Notes: generated by a model not told the origin, from the letters alone. 64,000 nucleotides of DNA from an uncultured Candidatus Saccharibacteria bacterium (GCA_964424265.1 CAYRHX010000001.1:498-64497); one strand, 5' to 3'. Shown: positions 9,171 through 19,520, numbered from the stretch's first letter. Translations and numbers: made by a program.

Positions 9171-10657
9171 GGCGCGCTGTAGAGAATCTGCAGAGGGTCG
9201 TTGGCCTGACTCGCGGCATATATATAAGGAGCCTCGAAATCGATTCCTTTGGAAATGTTATTGGGTATGTTGTAAGGACTGGTGTCAACGCGAGTTATGG
9301 TCGCTGAGGGATTGCTAATGTTCCACACTTGAAATTCGTCATTCGTCTTTGTGGTAGCAAGAAACGCAAGACTACCACTTACACGTATCGCATTCACACT
9401 AGCTCCTGCGCCTATTTCAGCTTTGCCGAGAATTGGCAATCCCGCTGTCGCACTCAGCGGATCAGTGGCATCAAGCACATACAACTCCTCTCCAGAACCA
9501 GACTCGAGACCGACGTAAATTCTATTCCCAACCATATATATTGATCTACCGTCTTTATTTCCGGGAATATTAGTGTACGCAGCCGTCAGAGGTATCACTG
9601 CCGACGGATTAGTAATGTCGAGTACGATCACCTCCTTGTCGTCGTGAGTTGTCACAAGGTATGCAAAGCGATGTGTGCTACCACCAACAAACTGATCTCG
9701 AACGGCAATACCATATACCGATGTTCCAACAACCGTCCCGCCCCCTATTTCGAACGAGGATGCGGGTGCGCTAACGTCAAATATATGAAATTCTGGTCCC
9801 CCGTTCGTATATCGTGTCGCTACGTACACATGATTGTCGTAGTAGAAAATTCGCCAACCTTGCGCAAAAGCATTTAAAGGGTTCACGCCCGCAAGAGGCA
9901 TGGTAACTACAGACGATGGGCTATTGATATTACTTACGTCGATAACCTGAAACTGATCCGATGCATCATTCCGAGCTACATACGCATATTTCTTGCCCGT
10001 GCCTGATTGAATTGCAACATCAATATCATTGACATCAACCCCAACGTTGAACGTCGGGGAAACAAACGTACCTGTAGTAAAACCGAAAGTTGCACCAGAC
10101 GTATCAGCAATATTTAAATTGCCGAAATTATCCGGCATATAGACTATGCGATTTAAGACATCGACTGACGTTGGTTGCCCTGGATTGAATTTATAAGAAG
10201 CGAATCTGCGCGGTTTTGTCCATCCATCTCCGTTCCCAATGCTACAGTCCCCTCCAAACTTAAACACCTCTGGCATATTGACGACGGTTGTCGTCGCGCT
10301 GACCGACAGGCTCCTACTATATGTGCCAGTCCATGATACGGTGCCGACGATTATCTCCGAGCACGGCCCGACATGCGCAGTAGGAATGGCGAGACTCTTT
10401 GTATATTGCAAGCCACCGGATGTTTCTATGGCTAGCGGGACAGGGGCAACGCTGGCATAGTTAGTTCTTGCTGTCGCTGCGGCTGCTTCAACTAAATCCT
10501 GTGCCTTGTGAAGCGCTTCGGCGTTGATTTCGCTGTCGGTGACGGTGGTCTGATCGACGCCGACGGTCATAAGCACCGCGGACATGACGAGAATGGCGAT
10601 AGCCATCGCGAGGAGGAGCTCGATAGTGGAAAATCCCATCTGTAGTCGTGTCTTCAT
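9167..10657 (-). CDS. large prepilin-like protein (496 aa), candidate pilus tip/adhesin subunit
   Basis: MGFSTIELLLAMAIAILVMSAVL prepilin N-terminus, followed by about 460 aa of beta-rich repeats (YVATRYTNGGPEFHIFDVS, YMVGNRIYVGLESGSG) suggesting a beta-propeller. Confidence 0.7.
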   Translation of the reverse strand: MKTRLQMGFSTIELLLAMAIAILVMSAVLMTVGVDQTTVTDSEINAEALHKAQDLVEAAAATARTNYASVAPVPLAIETSGGLQYTKSLAIPTAHVGPCSEIIVGTVSWTGTYSRSLSVSATTTVVNMPEVFKFGGDCSIGNGDGWTKPRRFASYKFNPGQPTSVDVLNRIVYMPDNFGNLNIADTSGATFGFTTGTFVSPTFNVGVDVNDIDVAIQSGTGKKYAYVARNDASDQFQVIDVSNINSPSSVVTMPLAGVNPLNAFAQGWRIFYYDNHVYVATRYTNGGPEFHIFDVSAPASSFEIGGGTVVGTSVYGIAVRDQFVGGSTHRFAYLVTTHDDKEVIVLDITNPSAVIPLTAAYTNIPGNKDGRSIYMVGNRIYVGLESGSGEELYVLDATDPLSATAGLPILGKAEIGAGASVNAIRVSGSLAFLATTKTNDEFQVWNISNPSATITRVDTSPYNIPNNISKGIDFEAPYIYAASQANDPLQILYSAP

Positions 10658-10660
10658 ACG

Positions 10661-11146
10661 TTAGTTTGTCCAGCTTATACGCCCCTGCAGATTAATTTCT
10701 ATCACCGATGTCTTGCCGCCGCCATCAAGTTGGATTGTCTGGAAAGTTGAGTTGCCGGTAAGTCGTTCAAAGGTAATTTCAGCCGTTGCAGGCGTAATAA
10801 TGGTCGTGGGAGTGGAGGGGAAAATCACGTCGTATACAGAGTCGGCCCCTCGGCCAGCGTAATCGCTCGATGTCTGGAAAATAACATACGTAAGTACGCC
10901 ACCCGGTCGTATGGCAACCCCATGCACTTTTCCATCCGTACAGGTGCCGAGGCAGATGTTGTTGATCGATTGCGCACGGGCACGCTGGAGCGCTGCAATA
11001 AGGAGATTGCGGTCGTTGCGAAAGTTGGAACCGCGATAACTGTCCATACTTGCGTACATACCAAGACCGGCGACGATGGCGAAAATGGCAATTACCACGA
11101 GCACTTCGATCATCGTGATTCCGCGCACCCAAGAAGCGTGCCGCAT
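10661..11146 (-). CDS. prepilin-like minor pilin
   Basis: VRGITMIEVLVVIAIFAIVAGLG N-terminus. Confidence 0.75.
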   Translation of the reverse strand: MRHASWVRGITMIEVLVVIAIFAIVAGLGMYASMDSYRGSNFRNDRNLLIAALQRARAQSINNICLGTCTDGKVHGVAIRPGGVLTYVIFQTSSDYAGRGADSVYDVIFPSTPTTIITPATAEITFERLTGNSTFQTIQLDGGGKTSVIEINLQGRISWTN

Positions 11147-11151
11147 ACGAT

Positions 11152-12435
11152 TTAGCGAGGATTCAAACCCTGCGTGATTGAATAGATCGGCGTGATGATG
11201 GACACAGCGATGAAGCCGACGATGAGACCCATGACTATCATGAGGATGGGCTCGAGCATGGTGGTGAGATTCTTGGTGAGATCGTTGATCTCCTCCTCAT
11301 ACATGTCGGAGAGAAACATGAGTGAGGTCGAGAGATTACCGGTCGATTCGCCCACGAGCACCATCTGCGTCATCATCGAGGGAAAAAGGCGCGGCGTCTT
11401 TTGCATCTGAAGCGAAATTTTCTGACCCTTGGTGATGTGTTGCGCCGCGCTCATAAGCGCGCGTCGATACACGAGATTGCGCGTACTTGCTGCCACCAGC
11501 TCAAGTGCATTAACCACGCCGACATCACTCTTGAGAAGCAGGCTGAGTGTACGTGTGCAGTTGGCTAGGTTGTAATACTTTGAGAGCCGACCGATGACGG
11601 GGACGCGCATGAGCACATGATCCATCACAAAGTGAAATTGCGGCACAAAGCGCATGAGGAGGAGGAAAATGACGAAAAAGGCAACGATGCCTGCAAGCAC
11701 CCAAAGTCCATACTGTCCCAAGAAGCCGGAAATCGCGATAAGTATCTTGGTCGATAGAGGGAGCGTTGCTTTCACGCCCTGAAAGATAGGGATGATTTTT
11801 GGGAATATATACACCGTGAGCATGGAGGTAATGCCGACGGTTGCAAAGACGATAACTGCCGGATAGACGAGCGCACCGATCACCTTGCGGCGGAGTGCCT
11901 GCTTCTTTTTGAGCTCTTCAGCCAAGTAGTCGAGGTTTTCATGGAGCGTGCCCGAGCTCTCCCCCACTTTTACAATGTTGACGCAAAACTGACCGAAGAT
12001 GCGTTCGAATTTACCGAGGCCGATGGAGAGCGCACGGCCATTGGATACATCAAAAATGAGACTTTGAAATATATATGATGCTGACTTAGTGCGCGTCTCG
12101 CCACGGAGCATGTAGAGCCCCTCCATGATGGGCATACCGGCCCGTAATATCATGCCGAGGCGTTTTGCAAAAAAGATTTGATCTTGCGTCCCGAAACGCA
12201 AAGATACCGGCTTTTTAACATCCGGCAGGTTCATCTGCATGGAATCATCGGCGCGATGACTTCTGGTTCTTTGGGTTTTCTTCTCGGATTTTCGACGAAA
12301 GAGATCTACCTTGGACAGAGACGCACGTGTCGTTCGATAGAGATCGGCAAAACGCTTGGATGCGGCATCCTGCATGTCTTTCATGCGTTTGATATATTTC
12401 TCCTTACTCATAGCGCATGCGTAATACTTCTTCAA
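11152..12435 (-). CDS. pilC: type IV pilus platform protein PilC / GspF family
   Basis: Two T2SSF-like repeats and polytopic membrane segments. It carries a Lys/Arg-rich N-terminal extension of about 75 aa. Confidence 0.8.
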   Translation of the reverse strand: MKKYYACAMSKEKYIKRMKDMQDAASKRFADLYRTTRASLSKVDLFRRKSEKKTQRTRSHRADDSMQMNLPDVKKPVSLRFGTQDQIFFAKRLGMILRAGMPIMEGLYMLRGETRTKSASYIFQSLIFDVSNGRALSIGLGKFERIFGQFCVNIVKVGESSGTLHENLDYLAEELKKKQALRRKVIGALVYPAVIVFATVGITSMLTVYIFPKIIPIFQGVKATLPLSTKILIAISGFLGQYGLWVLAGIVAFFVIFLLLMRFVPQFHFVMDHVLMRVPVIGRLSKYYNLANCTRTLSLLLKSDVGVVNALELVAASTRNLVYRRALMSAAQHITKGQKISLQMQKTPRLFPSMMTQMVLVGESTGNLSTSLMFLSDMYEEEINDLTKNLTTMLEPILMIVMGLIVGFIAVSIITPIYSITQGLNPR

Positions 12436-13690
12436 TCGTTGTCAAACCTGCGGCGGCCTTGTAGAAGCCATCGACAACGATTGATTTCATCCCCTGTTTG
12501 AGGGCGATATCGCGAAGCTCGGCCGCTGAAGCCTTACGAAGAATTGCTTCGCGGATCGGCGCATCGATCACCATTACCTCGTGTAATCCTGCGCGGCCCA
12601 TGTAGCCCGATTCGTTGCAGCTCTCACATCCAGACCCAGCATAGAATGTTGAATGTTGCGCCAAAAGTGCGGGAGGCATGATCTCAGAAAGACTCTTAGA
12701 CTCAGCATCGCTCAAGACCTTTTTCTCGCGGCAATGCTCACAGATTTTTCGGACTAGTCGCTGCCCTATGGCGATGTTGACGGTGGAAGCGATGAGATAT
12801 GGCTCGACCTTCATGTCGAGCAAACGCGGGAGCGTGGTCGGCGCGTCGTTGGTGTGGAGCGTTGAGAGGATGAGGTGGCCAGTGAGCGCGGTATTCACTG
12901 CGAGCCCCGCCGTCTCTATATCGCGAATTTCCCCCACCATGATGATGTTGGGATCTTGACGGAGAAAACTTCTGAGTCCATTTGCAAAGGTAAGGCCCGT
13001 GCGAGCATTCACCTGTATCTGATTGATTCCTGATACGGAATACTCGATGGGGTCTTCGATGGTCATCACCGACACTCCAGGCTGATTGAGCATTTTGACG
13101 AGCGTATAGAGTGTGGTCGTCTTCCCCGAACCCGTGGGACCGGTCGCCAGAATCATGCCGTGAGGCATGCGGATAGCGCGCTCGATCTTCGCCCGGTTTT
13201 CTGGAGTAAAGCCAAGCGTGTCGAGTGTAAACTCCTCTGCCTGATCTGAGAGAAGCCGAAGTACGGCATTTTCGCCGTAATACGTCGGCACAATGGAAGT
13301 ACGCACATCGACGCTTGCTCCGTCTTTCAGCGTTATTTTGAATCGGCCATCCTGCGCAGCCTGATGTTCATCGGTGCGCAAACCGCACAATATCTTGAGA
13401 CGCGAAATGACTTCGTTGTGAATTCGCGTAGGAAATTTCTGAACCTCCTGCAACACACCGTCGATACGCAGACGTACTGCAACTCCATCTTCTCTTGGAT
13501 CCAAATGCACATCGGAGGCGCGCGCAATATATGCACACTCGACGAGGGCATCGACAAGTTTGATAATCGAGGTGCCCGCTCCCTTTGCGAGCTCATCGGC
13601 AAGAAAACGGCCGTGATCGCGGAAAATGGGAGCATGTGCTGATCCCTGCTGAGCATTTGATTTTGGGGAGTGAGAATGCGCCGAATCCAT
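12404..13690 (-). CDS. pilB: type IV pilus assembly ATPase PilB / GspE family
   Basis: Walker A motif GPTGSGKTT, a His box, Asp box and a tetracysteine C..C...C..C motif near the C-terminus. Overlaps pilC by 32 nt. Confidence 0.85.
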   Translation of the reverse strand: MDSAHSHSPKSNAQQGSAHAPIFRDHGRFLADELAKGAGTSIIKLVDALVECAYIARASDVHLDPREDGVAVRLRIDGVLQEVQKFPTRIHNEVISRLKILCGLRTDEHQAAQDGRFKITLKDGASVDVRTSIVPTYYGENAVLRLLSDQAEEFTLDTLGFTPENRAKIERAIRMPHGMILATGPTGSGKTTTLYTLVKMLNQPGVSVMTIEDPIEYSVSGINQIQVNARTGLTFANGLRSFLRQDPNIIMVGEIRDIETAGLAVNTALTGHLILSTLHTNDAPTTLPRLLDMKVEPYLIASTVNIAIGQRLVRKICEHCREKKVLSDAESKSLSEIMPPALLAQHSTFYAGSGCESCNESGYMGRAGLHEVMVIDAPIREAILRKASAAELRDIALKQGMKSIVVDGFYKAAAGLTTIEEVLRMRYE

Positions 13691-13800
13691 GAAATAGTGG
13701 CTTATTTCCTATCCGAAATTGAGTTAGGAACCGTGTCGACATCATACAACGAGAATGGATAACCACCAAGCTCGCATCGGATATCGTCGTGTGGATACGA

Positions 13801-13826
13801 GGGCGGCCCCGCTAAAGCGGGGCCGC
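13801..13826. terminator. GC-rich hairpin between the PG-binding protein gene and pilB (possible terminator)
   Basis: GGCGGCCCCGC-TAAA-GCGGGGCCGCC is a perfect 11-bp stem. No clear U-tract follows on the minus strand. Confidence 0.35.
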
Positions 13827-13849
13827 CTATCACCAACCTTCTTTGCGAA

Positions 13850-14761
13850 TTAGTTGGTCGTTGCGAAGCTCGCAGTCGATGTGGTCGCCGTGTTGTTGGC
13901 GGCATCCTTCGATTCGAGCACGTAGTAGTACGTAGTCGAGGCCGAGAGACCTGTCAGCCCGAAGGAATGGGCTGTGCTGAGCGTCGTCGTGCCCATGGTA
14001 AGAGCGGTCGCAAGATTCACCGGAGATACTGTCGAATAATACACCTTACCCGTAGAAGGCTCGGTATTCGTGTTCCACGAGATCGTCGCAGACGTCGTGG
14101 CAATCGCGGACACTGAGACACCAGAAATTACCGGCGCGACCGTATCTTGGGTCGTGGTGCCAGGACATGCGCCGAGCACATCGCCATGTTTCAAGTGTGC
14201 TACAGATGCCTTGCCGCCCACATGAATCGTTTGTTTGTTGGCAGGATTCCCTCTCGGGGAGTGGCACATAACTATTGAGCCTGTGCCGTGATCGTTGTCA
14301 TCGTCTTCGTCATCTTCCCGATCCTTCATCGGCTTTCCCATTTTTGCAAGAATCTCGTTGAGCTTCTTCAGAGTCTTCGGGCCGACGTTGCCCGCCTGCT
14401 CAATGCCATGCTTTTCCTGAAATCGCCTCACCGCCTTTGCCGTGAGCGGTCCAAAGAACCCTGAGATTGTGCCCTCGGGGAAGATGCTCGGATCCTGCGC
14501 GAGCAATTGCTGGAGAATCCTCACGTTCTCCCCCCTATCACCCTGCCTCAGGGTCTGGACGAGATTCTGGATATTCGTCTTCTGTTGCTGGACGAGGGTC
14601 TTCTGCTGCTGTTGCAACCCTATAATCTGTGCCTGAAGCGCTTTCATCTGATCGAGGAGCGCTTGGATGCTACTCGTGGATGTGGTCTGGGCGAACGCAA
14701 GGCTCGGCGCCATGACACCGATCGCGAGTACCATCGCTATTGTCTTGTTGAATTTTGACAT
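13850..14761 (-). CDS. secreted protein with coiled-coil, PG_binding_1-like peptidoglycan-binding domain and C-terminal FN3-like domain
   Basis: Signal peptide MSKFNKTIAMVLAIGVMAPSLAFA, QQQ/K-rich coiled coil, PG-binding motif GDRGENVRILQQLL...GFFGPLTAKAVRRFQEKHG, a His-rich linker and an FN3-like C-terminus. Confidence 0.7.
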   Translation of the reverse strand: MSKFNKTIAMVLAIGVMAPSLAFAQTTSTSSIQALLDQMKALQAQIIGLQQQQKTLVQQQKTNIQNLVQTLRQGDRGENVRILQQLLAQDPSIFPEGTISGFFGPLTAKAVRRFQEKHGIEQAGNVGPKTLKKLNEILAKMGKPMKDREDDEDDDNDHGTGSIVMCHSPRGNPANKQTIHVGGKASVAHLKHGDVLGACPGTTTQDTVAPVISGVSVSAIATTSATISWNTNTEPSTGKVYYSTVSPVNLATALTMGTTTLSTAHSFGLTGLSASTTYYYVLESKDAANNTATTSTASFATTN

Positions 14762-14870
14762 AGTTAATGAATAGTTAAACGTTTAATGCTTAATAATCTA
14801 TTAATGCGAGCACAAAGCTAAGACGACCCGATCGTGGCTTTCTTACACCCCAAGACTTGACATTGTACCA

Positions 14871-14900
14871 CCAAAACCCCGCCGAGCGGCGGGGTTTTGG
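14871..14900. terminator. bidirectional rho-independent terminator
   Basis: AAAA-CCCCGCC-GAGC-GGCGGGG-TTTT. It lies downstream of the 544-aa secreted protein gene. Confidence 0.7.
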
Positions 14901-14921
14901 ACTACTGATAATTTCTAACTA

Positions 14922-16556
14922 TTACGGATTCTGCTCGTCGCAGTGCGGCACCTCCTGATTGCCTTCGTTGTAACTCCCGAGAACACCTGCAAGACTCGTG
15001 AATTGCTGCCTGATCGACTGAGCATTTTTGCCTTTCAGGGCGTCAATTTGAGCGGGGGTTCCATATGCTGGGTTATTGAACAGTGCCTCTGCGCTCAACA
15101 TCGCAGCCGCCACGTTTGCCGGTACCCCTGCCCCGTTAAGCTGGTTCAATTTCGCTGCCATGTACTGATGCGCAAGCTGGTAGTATGGCCTGCCACCAAC
15201 GGGCGTCCAGAAGACCGTGTACCAAGAGTAGGTGCTGAGGAAGAATATCGTGTCTTCTTCCTGCCCACCCAGCAAGTTTGCCCAGTTGCCGTCGTATGGA
15301 GCTTTGCCCTCTCGTGAGTGTGTCTTCCAATAACCCTGCGTGAGGGTGCATCCTGTCGTGCAGTTGACCACGACATGAAGATTGGCGCCGTCACTGTCTG
15401 TAATCCCCTCATCGTTGGTAACTAGGTCCGCGATGTTAGGGTGATCAGAGTTGTTATCACAAGCGACAACAATATCTGCATCTTGATTAGTATCAGGACC
15501 AACAGTTACTGAGTACGCAATAGTCTTATCTGCGTCATCAGCACAGATTTCGACGTCCGTTGGAGTACCAGGAAAGTTAAAGGTGTCGTTTACAGTGACA
15601 CACTCGTCTGTCTCTGTTGCAGGAGTGTTGCCATAATCAACCGGCACATTTACCAAGTTTCCAATATCTGCGATCGTAGTTACCACCGTTGCAGTATTTT
15701 CATCTTCAGTCCCATCCAAACCATCGGCCTCTGTTGCTGTGTAGCTACATACCAAGTCTCCTCCCCCGACGAGATCGTGGGGAAACGTGACGCCGCAAAC
15801 AACAGTGGCGGCTGTCCCGTCGACAATGTCGGTGACATCCGTGATTTCTACCGCACCAGCGTTGGGGTTGTGGATTGTAATATCGCCGGAAACCGCCCAG
15901 TTATCATCTACATCTGTGGGGGTCACCTCTATTTCGTAATTAACGGTGTACGATTCGCCTTCTGCAAGCAGAAGATCGTTATCGTTCGTTATTGTTTTTT
16001 GAATATCCCACGTCCACGAGCGATCAAACGACTCATTGACTGTCTTTTCTACCTCAAGTTTGGCAAGAAACGGAGTAGAAATCTCGGAGTCCCCATTTAA
16101 GGTCTGATGAGGATTGCGGTGAGATGTTCCATTACTCCAGTCCGAAGTCCCAGTCACGTTGCCGCTTAGGACGTCCCCCGCATCAACAACATAGGAGACT
16201 TGCGAGGAGATGAAAGCACTTCCAGCTTCTGTAATAAGAGGAACGGCTCCGAGTGGAGTTACCGTTCCATCAGGTGTCGTAATAGTAAGGGTACCGCCAC
16301 TTATATTGCAGTTAGCTCCTCCTGCGTGATCAAGGGTGGTCTGATATTTCAATGTGGCTCCCTCAATAGCTACCGTAGCCGGCGTGACACCGTCACTTTC
16401 GAAAACGTCCATGAACATCGTGAAGCCAGCTCCGGTACACCCTATTGGGTCCTGGTCTGCCGAAACGAATGGCGTGGCGATGAAGTAGCTACTGATAAGT
16501 GCGGTGGCGAGGAATGCCGCCGCGATACTGCGAGAAATTCGATTTGTAATATGCAT
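14922..16556 (-). CDS. secreted repeat protein (544 aa) with Asp/Thr-rich Ig-like repeats and an unrecognised Cys-containing C-terminal domain
   Basis: Signal peptide and repeats of the type DIVDGTAATVVCGVTF / DADIVVACDNN. The C-terminal roughly 150 aa begin CTLTQGYWKTHSREGKAPYDGNW and match no family I can name. Confidence 0.6.
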   Translation of the reverse strand: MHITNRISRSIAAAFLATALISSYFIATPFVSADQDPIGCTGAGFTMFMDVFESDGVTPATVAIEGATLKYQTTLDHAGGANCNISGGTLTITTPDGTVTPLGAVPLITEAGSAFISSQVSYVVDAGDVLSGNVTGTSDWSNGTSHRNPHQTLNGDSEISTPFLAKLEVEKTVNESFDRSWTWDIQKTITNDNDLLLAEGESYTVNYEIEVTPTDVDDNWAVSGDITIHNPNAGAVEITDVTDIVDGTAATVVCGVTFPHDLVGGGDLVCSYTATEADGLDGTEDENTATVVTTIADIGNLVNVPVDYGNTPATETDECVTVNDTFNFPGTPTDVEICADDADKTIAYSVTVGPDTNQDADIVVACDNNSDHPNIADLVTNDEGITDSDGANLHVVVNCTTGCTLTQGYWKTHSREGKAPYDGNWANLLGGQEEDTIFFLSTYSWYTVFWTPVGGRPYYQLAHQYMAAKLNQLNGAGVPANVAAAMLSAEALFNNPAYGTPAQIDALKGKNAQSIRQQFTSLAGVLGSYNEGNQEVPHCDEQNP

Positions 16557-16710
16557 ACAATATTATATCTGCGAATAAATTGGTACTGATAATAACCTCA
16601 GCTGCACGAGGATATCTGGTTTCTTCATGCGCGCATCTGCATGCAGGGTACCACTCTCCTTTTTACTTCCAACCGCAAAAAGTGGGATTTCGTGTGGATA
16701 ACGCTGGGGA

Positions 16711-16746
16711 CAAACCAAAAACCGCCCTAAGTGGGCGGTTTTTTGG
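16711..16746. terminator. bidirectional rho-independent terminator
   Basis: AAAAA-CCGCCC-TAAGT-GGGCGG-TTTTTT. It lies downstream of the 882-aa MBG protein gene. Confidence 0.7.
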
Positions 16747-16763
16747 CTTAAGTAAGCGAGGCG

Positions 16764-19412
16764 TTACTTGATTTTAATCAGCTGGAGGATGACAGACCCA
16801 TCATCGAGGACAATTTTGAGAGTTGCCAATCCTTTCACTAGCTCAGGCATCTTGGTCGAGAGATTGAAGACGTATTGCTCTCCTGATCGGAAGTATTCCG
16901 CAGCGTTTGAACCACCGCTTGACACCGCCGGAGTCGCAATGTCTGTTGGAGTCGCTGTCTTATCCCCAGCCGCAATGTAGAGCTGCGCGATTGCCCATGT
17001 CACTGGCGAACCATCGATAGTGCTCGCGATCTTGAACTTCACTGGAATCGTGCTCCCCTTCTGGAACTCTTTCTTGGTGAGCGTGATCGGTGGGAATGTT
17101 GTAGGAACTCCGTACGGAAGAATAAGGAACGTGTGCTGGACAGAAACCGCTGGCAAGTAGTTGGTGTCCCCAGCTTGTGATGCGGTAATCGTGCAGGAGC
17201 TGCCCTGCGGCCCATCTACGTTAATACTGAGGCCGTCTATAGAGCAGTTTTCGTTTTCTGAGGCCAAGGATACGGTTAGGCCGGAGTCGGCAGTAGCATT
17301 TGAAGCAAACGTGGCCCCGAATATCTTATTGCCTGGGTCGGGGAACGTTATGGCCTGTGTGGCTTTATCAATGTTGTCGGCAACCGTGCCGGAGTCACCA
17401 TTGTAGTTGCCAGTTACATCTGTGAACGTCCATGGGTCTGTCGGGTAGTTCCCGGTAGCGGTATGCGTAGTGCCCGTGAGATCGAGGCCTGCAAGTGTTT
17501 CGCCTTCAACTCCGAGACATGAACCTGTCGCGGTGTGCGGGGCGCCATCGTACGTCACATCGTAACCAGTTACGGTGCAGACCGCATCTACCTTGGCAAT
17601 GGTTACATTCGCTACTCCTGAATCATTGTTGTAGTTGCCTGTAACGTCAGTAAAGGTCCAATTAACCAGGCCACCGGGAACATTTGTGTAGGTTGTTGAG
17701 TCAATTACTAGACCGTCGAGGTTTTCATCTTCAACTCCCGTGCAGGAGCCCGTGGTAACCCCGTGAGGTAGCGCGTCGTAGTCACCGTCGTAATCATCAA
17801 CAACACACACTGCGTCAACTGGATTAATTACGATTCCAACACTGCCATTCTCTGGTTCGTAGTTAGGATTTGAGAAGCTCCAATTAGCGGTGCCGCCTGG
17901 GACATCCGTGTATGAGGCACCGAGGCTGAGACCTGTGAGTGTACCGTCGCTACCAACCCCTATACACGAGCCAGTTGCGCCATGCAAGTTGCCGTCGTAT
18001 GGGCCAGTAAAGCCGCTTATAGTGCAGTTTGCATCTGCTGCTGTGATCTCGAAGGTTTTTTGAGTAGCGGTGCTACCCGTGTGGTTTATGTCGCCAGCGT
18101 AGCTTGCGTTTGCAGTTGCAGTACCTACGTTAACGTTGTTGCCGTAAGTAACAGTTGCAGTGGTGTTCAAACCTGCACCAGTGACAGCCGCGGTGCAAGG
18201 CTCAATTGCTGCACTTGTGTAGACCGCAGAAACTGGACATGTGATCACTGTGTCCGAACTTGCTTGCTGGATTACAAAGTTGCCAGCGGCAAGACCAGTC
18301 GCGGCGTTGTAGTTGGTGCTCTCGGCACAATTAATGGTTGCTGGGTAAGAGCCGGCATTGGTGCCGACGCCGCCACTTGCGAGAGTCGCTGCACCACCTC
18401 CCAAGCAAGCGACCGTAGCCGTTTGCTCGGAACCGGTGTACGGCTGTGGGGTGTTGGTGACGGAGGCGATCGGAGCGATCTTAGAAATCACGAAGTTGCC
18501 AGCAGGTGCGTCGTTAAGCGGGTTGTAATTTACTGTATCGGTTGGAGCAAAGTCTGCAGTCATTGCATACGTGCCAGCGTTAGTAGGTACGGTCAAAGAA
18601 CCGTCATACTTAGCATCGCTTACAGTGCCCGCTACTGCTCCACCGTTTGCAACAATGGTTGCTGCTATAGGCGAACCAGTGTAGGTCTGAGGAGAGTTTG
18701 AGATCGAGAGAGTTGGGTTGGTTTTGTTGAGGTTGAAACTAACCGTCAGAGCAGCGTTGGCGCCAAGCACGGCACTACACGGGCTGGTCGTGCCCGAACA
18801 AGTTGATCCTGAGAGATTCGCCGGGCTACTCCAACCAGCAAAAGTTGAGCCGACCTCAGCGCTCGCACTAAATGTCACGGTCGCGCCGTTGTCTGAAGTC
18901 GAGATATTGGGTGAGCAGGTGCCTGTAACAGTCTGCGAGGCTGCGGCCGCACCCGTACCACCACACGAGACTGGCGCGGTGACAGTACCTGAACTCGGAG
19001 TAACTGTCACCGAGCCACTGCCTGTGCCAGCGAAAGTTAGAACCCAGTTGCGAGAGTCCGTAAATGTAGTTTCAGCAAGGACTTCCCCATCAGCGCTTGC
19101 CGCAAGGAGGTAGAGCGGGACGTAAAAATTCGGGAGTGTGTAGGTGGTGACAAACCCTCCGACCTCATTTGCCTGCACTCCCCACTCGTGTGAAGTGAGC
19201 ATGGTTCCATCCTCAGACTGGCCGACGATGTAGAGAAGAACATTTTGCATTGCCTCGAAAAGGCTGCCCGTGATGGTCGCTACTTCCCCCGGGAAATAGT
19301 CCGCCTTGTCTGTCGTGAGGGTCGCGGCGCTCGCGAGAGGAGCGACGGCGAGGACACCCAATACTGCCACTAAAGCTACGAGACCGGCTGCGGAAACACG
19401 GATAGACTGCAT
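16764..19412 (-). CDS. large secreted surface protein (882 aa) with tandem MBG-like (YDG...H) domains
   Basis: Signal peptide, repeated FTGPYDGNLHGATGSC / YDGDYDALPHGVTTGSCTG / YDVTYDGAPHTATGSCLG units (MBG-domain signature), and a beta-rich C-terminus. Internal plus-strand ORFs such as 17982..18701 are antisense artefacts. Confidence 0.7.
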   Translation of the reverse strand: MQSIRVSAAGLVALVAVLGVLAVAPLASAATLTTDKADYFPGEVATITGSLFEAMQNVLLYIVGQSEDGTMLTSHEWGVQANEVGGFVTTYTLPNFYVPLYLLAASADGEVLAETTFTDSRNWVLTFAGTGSGSVTVTPSSGTVTAPVSCGGTGAAAASQTVTGTCSPNISTSDNGATVTFSASAEVGSTFAGWSSPANLSGSTCSGTTSPCSAVLGANAALTVSFNLNKTNPTLSISNSPQTYTGSPIAATIVANGGAVAGTVSDAKYDGSLTVPTNAGTYAMTADFAPTDTVNYNPLNDAPAGNFVISKIAPIASVTNTPQPYTGSEQTATVACLGGGAATLASGGVGTNAGSYPATINCAESTNYNAATGLAAGNFVIQQASSDTVITCPVSAVYTSAAIEPCTAAVTGAGLNTTATVTYGNNVNVGTATANASYAGDINHTGSTATQKTFEITAADANCTISGFTGPYDGNLHGATGSCIGVGSDGTLTGLSLGASYTDVPGGTANWSFSNPNYEPENGSVGIVINPVDAVCVVDDYDGDYDALPHGVTTGSCTGVEDENLDGLVIDSTTYTNVPGGLVNWTFTDVTGNYNNDSGVANVTIAKVDAVCTVTGYDVTYDGAPHTATGSCLGVEGETLAGLDLTGTTHTATGNYPTDPWTFTDVTGNYNGDSGTVADNIDKATQAITFPDPGNKIFGATFASNATADSGLTVSLASENENCSIDGLSINVDGPQGSSCTITASQAGDTNYLPAVSVQHTFLILPYGVPTTFPPITLTKKEFQKGSTIPVKFKIASTIDGSPVTWAIAQLYIAAGDKTATPTDIATPAVSSGGSNAAEYFRSGEQYVFNLSTKMPELVKGLATLKIVLDDGSVILQLIKIK

Positions 19413-19520
19413 AAAATAAGGCTTTTTTAGCTAATTAATGAATTATGAGCGCAGTATGCCTTCAGGCCGCAAGAAGTCAAAGGAAAACTAGGTATAGCCC
19501 CGTGAACCTATATGCCTAAT

